Assembly: GCA_963790305.1 (NCBI GenBank)
Contig: CAWBOC010000010.1
Location: 288,001-352,000 of the forward strand
DNA from: an uncultured Gemmatimonadaceae bacterium
GTDB lineage: Bacteria; Gemmatimonadota; Gemmatimonadetes; Gemmatimonadales; Gemmatimonadaceae
Length of the DNA stretch: 64,000 bases
Direction of reading: 5' to 3'
Part shown: positions 29,901-37,494 of the stretch, one piece after another
Position numbering within the stretch: the stretch's first letter is position 1
Layout of the letters: each line of letters begins with the position of its first letter
Notes under the pieces: model-generated
The model's database searches: none
What the model saw: only the letters and a program-made list of their open reading frames with translations
What the model was told of the DNA's origin: nothing
Program-made: the position numbers and the translations under genes

Positions 29901-30172
29901 CCGTTGCTCTCGCCCGCGGTGTACACGTCGACAATGTGCGGGTGTCGCAGCCGCGCGATCGTCCTCGCTTCGCGAAGGAATCGCTGGCGAAGCGCGGCGC
30001 TCGAGGCGAGCTCGGGCGCCACCACTTTGACGGCGACCTGCCGGTCCAGTCTGAGATCGCGCGCAAGAAACACCGCGCCCATCCCGCCCGTGCCAAGCGC
30101 GCGCTCCACCTCGTACTCGGGCGCGAGCGCCGCGCGCAACGTCTCGAGCAGTCCGGTGTCGCTGTCGCTCAT
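26978..30172 (-). CDS. Ser/Thr kinase with transmembrane helix and TPR-like C-terminal region
   Basis: GTGGMG, VAVK, HRDIKPEN, DFG and YMSPEQ, then a transmembrane helix and helical repeats. Confidence 0.92.
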   Translation of the reverse strand: MSDSDTGLLETLRAALAPEYEVERALGTGGMGAVFLARDLRLDRQVAVKVVAPELASSAALRQRFLREARTIARLRHPHIVDVYTAGESNGLLYFIMRCVDGESLRDVLDREKRLSPARAAVVLRDLAEALAYAHAQGVVHRDIKPENVLIDSRSGTAHLTDFGVARALEATDDRMTGTGLIVGSPRYMSPEQAAGERELDGRSDIYSLGLIGYEMLAGEPTFSGASPVSVIAKQITEVPPPVATRADGVPPALAHAIDRAVAKDPNERWPDAGAMAVALGDAVQGRREGHAAVARGPRARRRLAILAGTAAVALIAAGVWFARSVGGAPAGVDRRKSIFVAPFEVQGNDPALAWLREGSVNMLTLNLASWTDLNVVDYERSLDLLRDADLDNAPRIGLEDAREMAREAGAWTVVLGQVSRVGDSLMVVARAYDVASGKRVGDPAEHRAPVTADPRALFDAVARDLLDLAGAPPMRPELARTTTLSLEAYRAYLHGLKALNRWQLAEADSAFRRATEADSTFALAYYKNALAQGWRRTISDTSDVRLARAAARHATRLPQRERSLIESYQQLTQGLAAQTQGNVEGASAYLSAAERGYESLLVRDSTDAEAWYGLADAYFHHGTGGQGLDPELGRKWTRALRAFDRTLALDSTFHLAYAHKLSMYQIGGTTGSPIVVVGDSVILIPNDSAARAVGADRVQAARARARELALVQAKHWRYLDPDAPQAHTAVVDGYAAAGHYDSAALALRQTMERPDVRTPDMPYSLAALEMLAGSPDALATLRTALDTYGVDSLVASGGFRRLPSLMGAANVAAFHGALPEHERVLDLVARVEPRLPGANVSTRSITAMWRAMARLALGMDSPQLRRTLDSSIAAIDRMTSGAAPNIQAQARGLALLAYLTTHDSSYVAPLRRWGPKRVPPEVEALMALDAGDTTRAAAIAARFPSPDSARLVSDAGSGFARFAQAEIFARLGNLRRAADVYESIQRKDLGLAFGTDPRWPLYARSFLARGQLYEQLGDRQRAIAAYEEFLRIWKEAAPELRDQMRVAREGIIRLRDAPAQSVP

Positions 30173-30181
30173 CGACGTGCG

Positions 30182-32056
30182 CTATCGAAGGGGCGCGGCG
30201 GCGGCGCCAGCCATCCGCTCCGGGTCGAGAGCGCGGTCGAGCTCGTCGCGCGTCATGAGACCGCGCTCCATCACGAGCTCGTACACGCTCCGTCCGCTGT
30301 CGAGGGCGGTGCGCGCGACCTCGGTGGCGGTCTCGTAGCCGATCGTGGGGACGAGCGCGGTCACGATCCCGATCGAGTTCTCGACGAACCAGCGCATCCG
30401 GTCCGGATTGGCGGTGATGCCGAGCACGCACCGCTCGCGAAGCACGACGCAGGCGTTGCGAAGCGACTCCATGCCGCGCAGCAGGCGGAACGCGATGATC
30501 GGCTCGAAGACGTTGAGCTGGAGCTGTCCCGCTTCCGCCGCCAGCGTCACCGTCACGTCGCCGCCGATCACATCGAAGCACACCTGATTGACGACCTCGG
30601 GGATCACCGGGTTGACCTTCCCCGGCATGATCGACGAGCCCGGCTGCATCGGTGGCAGATTGATCTCCGCGAGTCCCGCGCGCGGGCCGGACGACAGCAG
30701 CCGAAGGTCGTTGCAGATCTTCGAGAGCTTCACCGCGCTGCGCTTCACGACTCCCGAGAGCTGCACGAACACGCCGGTGTCGGCGGTCGCCTCGACGAGG
30801 TCGGGTGCCGTGATCACGGGAATGCCGCTGATTCGCTCAATGTGCGCGCGCACTGCTTCCGGATAGTGCTCGGGCGCGTTGATGCGCGTTCCGATGGCGG
30901 TCGCCCCCATGTTGATCTCGCGAATCAACGCCTGCGCTTCGCCCAATCGGTCGACGTCTTCGAGGATCGTGTGCCCGAACGCGACGAACTCCTGGCCGAG
31001 GGTCATGGGCACCGCGTCCTGCAGCTGCGTGCGGCCCATCTTGAGCATTCCGGCGAACTCGCGCCCCTTCGTCTTGAACGCGGCCGCCACCTCGGTCAAC
31101 GACTGTTGCAAGCTGGCAATGCTCGCATGAAGCGCGAGCTTCACCGCCGTCGGGTAGACGTCGTTCGTCGACTGCGAGAGGTTGACGTGATTGTTCGGGT
31201 GCACCACGTCGTAGTCGCCGCGACGGCGGCCCATGAGCTCGAGCGCGCGATTGGCGATGACCTCGTTGGCGTTCATGTTCGTCGACGTGCCGGCTCCCCC
31301 CTGAATCATGTCGACGAGAAAGTGCTCGTGATGCCGGCCCGCCCGAACCTCCTGAGCGGCGCGGACGATGACTTCGGCCAACTCCGGCGGCAGGAGACCG
31401 AGATCCTGATTGGCGAGCGCTGCTGCCTCTTTCACGATGGCGAGCGCGTTGATCAGGGTCGGGAACTCGCGCAACGCCACACCAGTGATCGGGAAGTTCT
31501 CCACCGCGCGGAGCGTCTGGATCCCATAGAGCGCGTCGTCCGGAACCTGACGGTCGCCGAGCAGGTCGTGCTCCTCGCGGGTGCGGCCACCGCCGAAGCC
31601 CATGGTGCGCCCACGTCCGACCAGCGTCGCGTCGGCCGCTCGGAGGCGCTCGGAGATCGCCCGCGCGGCCCGCGCGACGAGCGATGCGTACAGCGTGGCG
31701 CGATCCTTCAGGATCTCCTGAATGTCCGCCGCTTCGAGATACGCGAGCTCCGTCCGCTCGAGCGTGCGCGCGCTCGTGCCGTGCGGCGAGTCATCGAGCA
31801 GAATCCCTTCGCCAAGCGCTTCGCCCGCGCCGAGGCTGGCGAGTCGCTCGACTCGGTCGCCGCGGCGTTTTTCGATCGCGACGCTTCCGCTGACGATGAT
31901 GCCGAACAGGTGGCGCGGATCGCCCTCGCGGAAGATCGTTTCATCCGCTTCGAGGGTCCGCTCCCGCATGCGCCGCGAGAGATGCCAGAGGTTTTCCTGC
32001 GGGAACCCGCTGAAGAACGAGAAGGCACGCAGGCGATCGGCCAGGGCAGTCGGCAT
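30182..32056 (-). CDS. aspA: Aspartate ammonia-lyase with N-terminal cyclic-nucleotide-binding-like domain
   Basis: N-terminal IFREGD...GSV...GE; then YGIQTLRA, QGGAGTS, QSTND, GRTQLQDA and GSSIMPGKVNP. Confidence 0.92.
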   Translation of the reverse strand: MPTALADRLRAFSFFSGFPQENLWHLSRRMRERTLEADETIFREGDPRHLFGIIVSGSVAIEKRRGDRVERLASLGAGEALGEGILLDDSPHGTSARTLERTELAYLEAADIQEILKDRATLYASLVARAARAISERLRAADATLVGRGRTMGFGGGRTREEHDLLGDRQVPDDALYGIQTLRAVENFPITGVALREFPTLINALAIVKEAAALANQDLGLLPPELAEVIVRAAQEVRAGRHHEHFLVDMIQGGAGTSTNMNANEVIANRALELMGRRRGDYDVVHPNNHVNLSQSTNDVYPTAVKLALHASIASLQQSLTEVAAAFKTKGREFAGMLKMGRTQLQDAVPMTLGQEFVAFGHTILEDVDRLGEAQALIREINMGATAIGTRINAPEHYPEAVRAHIERISGIPVITAPDLVEATADTGVFVQLSGVVKRSAVKLSKICNDLRLLSSGPRAGLAEINLPPMQPGSSIMPGKVNPVIPEVVNQVCFDVIGGDVTVTLAAEAGQLQLNVFEPIIAFRLLRGMESLRNACVVLRERCVLGITANPDRMRWFVENSIGIVTALVPTIGYETATEVARTALDSGRSVYELVMERGLMTRDELDRALDPERMAGAAAAPLR

Positions 32057-32107
32057 GGTCCGTGGAAGCTACTGGCTGCGCCCTCAAGCCTGCTAGGCAG
32101 GATTCTG

Positions 32108-32267
32108 TAGGGATCAGGGGTCAGGAGTCAGGGGTCAGGGAAGGAAAGGGGCCGCCGCGCTGCGCGCGTGCGGCCCCTCATCAGAATGAGCGCGGCAGCT
32201 TCGCTGCCGCGCCGTTCCATCCCTGATCCCTGACCCCTGACTCCTGACCCCTGACTCCTGACCCCTA
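32108..32267. mobile_element. TA-bounded (TCAGGRG)n-armed element with branched core, copy B (core inverted)
   Basis: TAGGG...CCCTA ends, 4 and 6 units, and core CTCATCAGAATGAG; lies between divergent genes. Confidence 0.7.
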
Positions 32268-32336
32268 ATTGTGGGCAGGTAGCCCTCGCCTCGCCAGCCG
32301 CACAGATTCCCCACGTCCATTCTCATGAGGCTGCCA

Positions 32337-33386
32337 ATGTCTTCCGTGTCTCGCCGACGCTTTCTTGGCACTGGTGCCGCCGCCGCGGCCGGACTGTCGC
32401 TCGGAGGCGCGCGCAGCATCGAGGCGCACCCCCTCGCGACCAGCTGGCGCGCCACGCGCCCCACCGTCATCGCCTCCGAGAATGGGCTGCGAGGAGTGGC
32501 GCGCGCGTACGAGATGCTCGCGAAGGGCGCTGACCCGCTCGACGCTGCGATCGCCGGCGTCAACATCCAGGAGCTCGACCCCGAGGATCAGTCGGTGGGG
32601 CTTGGAGGACTGCCGAATGCCGATGGCGTCGTTCAGCTCAATGCGTCGTGCATGCATGGTCCCACGCGACGCGCCGGCGCGGTTGCCTCGCTCGAGGGGA
32701 TCGCAACGCCATCGCTCGTCGCCAAGGCGGTGATGGACTACACCGACCACATATTCCTCGTGGGTCCGGGAGCGAAGCAGTTCGCCCTGCAGATGGGGTT
32801 CAAGGAGCAGAACCTTCTCACCGAGAAGTCGCGGCAGGACTGGCTGCGGTGGAAGGCGCGTCTCAACGCCGACGACAACTGGCTCGACCACGACGACGAC
32901 GTCACCATCAAGTTCTCGACCGGCACGATCAACATGAACGCGGTCACCGCGAGTGGTGACATCGCGTCGGTCACCACCACCAGCGGACTTTCCTGGAAGA
33001 TTCCCGGCCGCGTCGGCGATTCGCCGATCATCGGGGCAGGGCAGTACTGCGACAACGGCGTCGGCGCCGCGGGATCGACTGGCCGCGGCGAAGCGAACAT
33101 CAAAGCCTGTGGAGCGTTTCTTACGGTAGAGGGGATGCGTCGCGGGCTCACGCCACAACAGGCCTGTCTCGCGACTCTCGAGCGGGTCGTCGCGATGACC
33201 GAGCGCCGCCTGCTCGGTGACCGCGGTCGCCCGCGATTCGACCTCGACTACTACGCGGTCGCGAAGGATGGGTCGTACGGCTCGGCATCGATCTACTCGG
33301 GAGGCCGGTTCGCTGTCGCCGACGCCAAGGGCGCCCGGCTCGAGAACTCCGCGTTCCTCTTCAAGCGGGAGGAGCGACCCCGCTGA
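32337..33386 (+). CDS. Tat-exported glycosylasparaginase / type 2 asparaginase (Ntn hydrolase)
   Basis: SRRRFL, SVGLGGLP, GTI nucleophile site, TTSG..KIPGRVGDSPIIGAG and TGRGE. Start is 32325 or 32337. Confidence 0.9.
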   Translation: MSSVSRRRFLGTGAAAAAGLSLGGARSIEAHPLATSWRATRPTVIASENGLRGVARAYEMLAKGADPLDAAIAGVNIQELDPEDQSVGLGGLPNADGVVQLNASCMHGPTRRAGAVASLEGIATPSLVAKAVMDYTDHIFLVGPGAKQFALQMGFKEQNLLTEKSRQDWLRWKARLNADDNWLDHDDDVTIKFSTGTINMNAVTASGDIASVTTTSGLSWKIPGRVGDSPIIGAGQYCDNGVGAAGSTGRGEANIKACGAFLTVEGMRRGLTPQQACLATLERVVAMTERRLLGDRGRPRFDLDYYAVAKDGSYGSASIYSGGRFAVADAKGARLENSAFLFKREERPR

Positions 33387-33399
33387 GCACGTTGCTTCA

Positions 33400-34035
33400 A
33401 TGCTGATTTTCTGGGACGTCGACACCCAGCACGATTTCATGGACGCGTCCGGCAAGCTGTACGTGCCCGACGCCGAATCCATCAAGCCGAACCTGAAGCG
33501 GCTCACGGACTACGCACACGAGCGTGGCATCCGCATTGTCGCGACGGCGGACGATCACGAGCCCGGGCATCGTGAGCTGTCAGCGAGCCCGGATTTTCAC
33601 GAGACGTTTCCGGAGCATTGCATGCGCGGGACGCCCGGCGCGAGCAAGATTCCGGAGACCGCGCTTTCCGCGCCGGTGGTGGTCGAGCCCTCGCCGACGC
33701 CACGTGAGCAGCTCACGCGTCTGCTCCGCACCCGCGATGGCGACGTCCTCATCCGGAAGCATTGGTTCGACGTCTTCACGAACCCGAATGCCGATGTCGT
33801 GATCGAGGCGCTCGCGCCGACCAATGTCATCGTGTACGGCGTAGCCCTCGACGTGTGCAACCGCTACGCGATCGAGGGTCTGCTCGCGCGCGGGATCCCG
33901 CGCATTCACGCCGTGACCGACGCGGCAAAGCCGATCCATGCCGACGTCGCCGAAGGGTTACTCGATTTATGGAGAGATCGAGGGGTCCGGCTGGTCACTA
34001 CGCATCAGGTCGTGACCGGCACCGCCGGTTGTTGA
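33400..34035 (+). CDS. pncA: Nicotinamidase / isochorismatase-family cysteine hydrolase
   Basis: DVDTQHDF, DDH, FPEHCMRGTPG, K..FDVF and GVALDVC. Confidence 0.8.
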   Translation: MLIFWDVDTQHDFMDASGKLYVPDAESIKPNLKRLTDYAHERGIRIVATADDHEPGHRELSASPDFHETFPEHCMRGTPGASKIPETALSAPVVVEPSPTPREQLTRLLRTRDGDVLIRKHWFDVFTNPNADVVIEALAPTNVIVYGVALDVCNRYAIEGLLARGIPRIHAVTDAAKPIHADVAEGLLDLWRDRGVRLVTTHQVVTGTAGC

Positions 34036-34050
34036 GCGCTCAGCGCGGGG

Positions 34051-34722
34051 TTAGGCGCCGCGGCGGATAGCCGCGGCGAGCTGCCGCTCCAACGCGTCCA
34101 CCGAGTTCTCGACGGCTTCGTGCGGTGCGAGCTCGTACCACCACTCCTCACCGGCATGGTTCACGAAGGCGCGATAGCCGTTGTCGCCGGCTGAACGCGC
34201 ACGTCGCTCACCGGCGCGACGGTCGTATACCTGCCACTCTCGCCCCTCGCGATCGCGGAAGATGAGGGTGCCGTCGGGCGTGCAATGCGCGGTCGGCTGA
34301 CGCCGGTCGCGCCCCGACCGGGTCACGCTGGTGACGGACGCCTCTCGGACCGCCCGCACCAGGGTTTCGCGATCGACCGGCATGGTGAACCACGGTAGCC
34401 TCCGCTCGTTCGCAATGGCCCGAACGGCTGCCGCATTGGTTGGCGTCGCGAAGAGCACGACCGGTGTCCCCTTCAGCCGGGCGTGAAAGACGTCCGAGGA
34501 CGCCTCCTCGAAGGCGCCGTCGAGCACGAGGACGAGGAAAGGCCGTAACCGACGGATCGCTTCTTCAGGCGGTTCGTCCGCGAGCGCGAACGCCGGCTCA
34601 TACTTGTCCAGCTCGAGCAGCATGCCCACGAGGGCCGCTACAAGGGGCTCGCGAGCGAGGATCAGAATCTTCGAGAGTGGGGTCGGGATAGTCGTGCCTC
34701 CGTTTGGCGGCCGCACCGTCAC
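34051..34722 (-). CDS. Hypothetical protein with degenerate receiver-like N-terminus
   Basis: The alpha/beta pattern resembles a receiver domain without the acidic pocket; C-terminal FRDREGREWQVYD motif. Confidence 0.6.
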   Translation of the reverse strand: MTVRPPNGGTTIPTPLSKILILAREPLVAALVGMLLELDKYEPAFALADEPPEEAIRRLRPFLVLVLDGAFEEASSDVFHARLKGTPVVLFATPTNAAAVRAIANERRLPWFTMPVDRETLVRAVREASVTSVTRSGRDRRQPTAHCTPDGTLIFRDREGREWQVYDRRAGERRARSAGDNGYRAFVNHAGEEWWYELAPHEAVENSVDALERQLAAAIRRGA

Positions 34723-34755
34723 GGAGGCTGGTGCAACGGGTGCACCGCTGCCCCT

Positions 34756-34784
34756 TTGACTCGTCAGGAAAACGAATGTATCAT
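34756..34784 (+). promoter_or_regulatory. Putative sigma70 promoter
   Basis: TTGACT-N17-TATCAT, 64 nt upstream of the ORF at 34849. Confidence 0.65.
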
Positions 34785-34848
34785 GTCCCGCCGCGCCTTC
34801 ACGCCAATGTGAGGCACCCGCGGTCCTGCCCGCGCTTCCCCCGCCTCA

Positions 34849-35154
34849 ATGAATGCGCCCAACCCTCTGATGCCCGAGTCCCGTCCGTTGAGTGAGGCCA
34901 CGCTCGAACAGCTGCGGACGGCGCTCAACGACCGCCGTCAGTCTCCGGCGATCGGGGACGAGCCCCTCCAGGCAGCCCTGCGGGTCGTTGCGTGCGAGGC
35001 ACGCGAGCGCGCCCTCCGTCCAGAGGAGCTGATCGTCGCCCTGAAGCAGCTGATGGACGAGCCGCGCACCGTCCGGTCCACCTCGAGCGAGGATCGGCAG
35101 CTGCGCGAGTGGGTCGTCACGACGTGCATTCGGGTGTACTTCGAGGGGTCGTAG
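34849..35154 (+). CDS. Small hypothetical protein
   Basis: Follows the promoter; protein-like sequence (PEELIVALK...WVVTTCIRVYF). Confidence 0.7.
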   Translation: MNAPNPLMPESRPLSEATLEQLRTALNDRRQSPAIGDEPLQAALRVVACEARERALRPEELIVALKQLMDEPRTVRSTSSEDRQLREWVVTTCIRVYFEGS

Positions 35155-35166
35155 GCACCTCGACAC

Positions 35167-37373
35167 CTATGCCTCAACCGCCTCAGCCTCTTCAGCCGCA
35201 GGCTCGCTGACCACAGGAACCGCTGCCGGCAGAATGTCCGCCAGCGACGTCACCGCCCGGTCCGTCCGGAACGTGGAAACCAGGCGTGACAGCTGCTCGG
35301 AGGCGGTGGCCAGCATCGAGGCCGCAGCGGCGATCTCCTGCGTGCTCGCGCTCTGCTCCTGGCTCAATGCCGCGACCTGCTCCATCGCCGAGGCAAAGGC
35401 ATCGGTGCCCCGCGCGATCGCATCCAGCCGCGTCGTCATCTCCGCCACCAGCGTGTTCGATTCCGCGGCGGACTGCTCGATCATCCCCACCCACGTCTCC
35501 GCGTCCACGACCGCCGTCTCGATCTGATGAAAGGATGTGACAGCGTGCTGCGTCGCGGCCTGTACCGCGGTCGCCGTCTGCATCGTGCGCTGGCTGGTGG
35601 CCCGCGACTCATCCACGCGCGTCAGCACGTCGTTGACGATCGCTTCCGTCCGCTCCGAGGCATCGGTTGACGTTGCCGCCAGCTTGCGAATCTCACTCGC
35701 GACCACCGCGAAGCCCTCGCCATGCTCACCTGCACGCGCTGCCTCCATGGAAGCATTGAGCGCGAGCAGCTTCGATTGTTTGGCCAGCCGCCGAACGAGA
35801 GTCACGAAGGCCCGAATCTCCTCGCTCGCCCGCACGAGTGCATCGGACGCAGCCGCACCAGCCTGCGCGTCGGCAACGAGTGCCGTCAGCGCCGTGGAGC
35901 CTTCGTCGAGCCGCTGCCGGTTCGCCGACGCAAGCTCCCGAAGGCGGACGTTGCGGTCGACGCCATCACGCGCGCCGGTCGCGAGCCGCGTCGAGATCTC
36001 CACCAGCCGCGCGGCATCGGCGGCGATGCGCTGCGTCGTCTGCGCCATCTCGGTGGATTGATGGCTGAGATCGTTCGACGTCTGCGCCATCTCCGACGCC
36101 GACGCGGACATCTGCTCCGATCCCGCCGTGATCTGCGCGGCCATCGCCGCCGTCTCCTGCGCCGCGGCGCGAATCGCTGACACGAGTCGCCGGAGCTCAT
36201 CGACCATCGTGTCCACCGCGCGGCTCAATCGGCCAACCTCATCGGTCTCCGCCAATGCATACACCGTCACGCTCAAATCGCCCGAATGCGACCTGCTCAG
36301 CGGCATTCGCGAGCGCCGAGGCTGGCTCGCTCACCCGCCGCGCGACGAACGCGTTGAGGAAGAGCATCGCCGCGACAATGAACACGAACAGGAGGAGGCT
36401 GAAGACGATGATCACGAATTGAATGCGATGCAGCCGCGCGAAGGCGAGCGCCTCGGACTGGTGTGCGACGATCCTCCACTGCCCCCCATTCGTCACTCGC
36501 ACCGCCGCCCGCTCGCGCTCTGCCGCCGAGCGAAGCGTCACGACGCCTGTGGCGTGTGTTGCCGGTAGACCCTGGATGCCTTCGAGCGGACGCATGCGTG
36601 CCGCACTGCTCGACGCGGCGATGACAAGGCCCTCTTCGTCGAGCAGCTCGATGCGCATCTCCGACTCGCCAGCCAGGCGCGTGAGCTCCTGGTCGATGCC
36701 GCGCAGCCCGAAGACGACCTTCAGCACACCTAACGCTGGTCCGTCCGCGCCTTCCCGAACGACGCCGGTCATCGAGAATGGACACGACGCGCGCCGAGGA
36801 GTCGTAGGCGGCATCGGAGGCGATGGCGCCATCGTGCATGGCGCGCTGCCACCACTCCTCATCGGATTGGACGAAGTCCGAGGTCCGACCGGTCGTGACG
36901 GCGTTGATGCCATGGACATCGGTGAGGATGATCTCGGCAATGTCGCCCGTGCTGCGAAGTTGGCGCAGATACGCGCGAAGCCGCGGGTCAATGTCGAGGC
37001 TTCGGCGCTCGTCGTATCGCGCTTCGAGCTCGACGAGCCCCTGGCCACCCAATCCTTCGCGACGCCAGCGCTCGCTTGCGGCGCGCGCCGCATCGACGAC
37101 CGACGGAGACGAGGCCAGCACGGTGACCAGACGCTCGTGGTCGCCGAGGTAGCGCTCGACGCGCACGCCGGCGAGCGTCGCGGCGTCGCTGAGTCGCCTG
37201 TCCACTCGCACACGCTCGTCGCGCCCCAGCCATTGAGAGACAGGCCACGCGACCATCGCCAGCGCCACGAGCGCAACCGCACCGATGCCGAGGACCAGGC
37301 GGGTGTGGAAGGTCCGCTTGGCCTCGACGTCGATCAGGTCCGGATCCAGAGGAACGGTATGGGTGCGGCTCAT
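35167..37373 (-). CDS. Methyl-accepting chemotaxis protein (TM-Cache-TM-HAMP-MA), split by two apparent +1 frameshifts (~36777, ~36285)
   Basis: Three overlapping ORFs in successive frames: TM and SDEEWWQ; TM2 and HAMP; DEVGRL and LLALNASMEAARAGEHGEGFAVVA. Confidence 0.85.
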
Positions 37374-37494
37374 CGCTCGCTTGTCTGCGCGGTCCCTGCT
37401 GCTAAATTGCAATTAGGCAAGCGCTTAAGCGCTCGACATCGGCAGTGCACCCCGGGAGCGGCGACACGGCCACGCGCCATCCGCCCGCCCTCAC

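Noticed and set aside
28832..32110. 1092-aa plus-strand ORF and similar long ORFs (7133-8794, 36423-38231, 51373-53004)
   Set aside because: These are antisense or alternative-frame shadows of well-supported genes in high-GC DNA, with no recognisable motifs.
36270..36790. Programmed ribosomal frameshifting in the MCP gene
   Set aside because: There are no slippery heptamers, two successive shifts would be needed, and sequencing error or decay is simpler.
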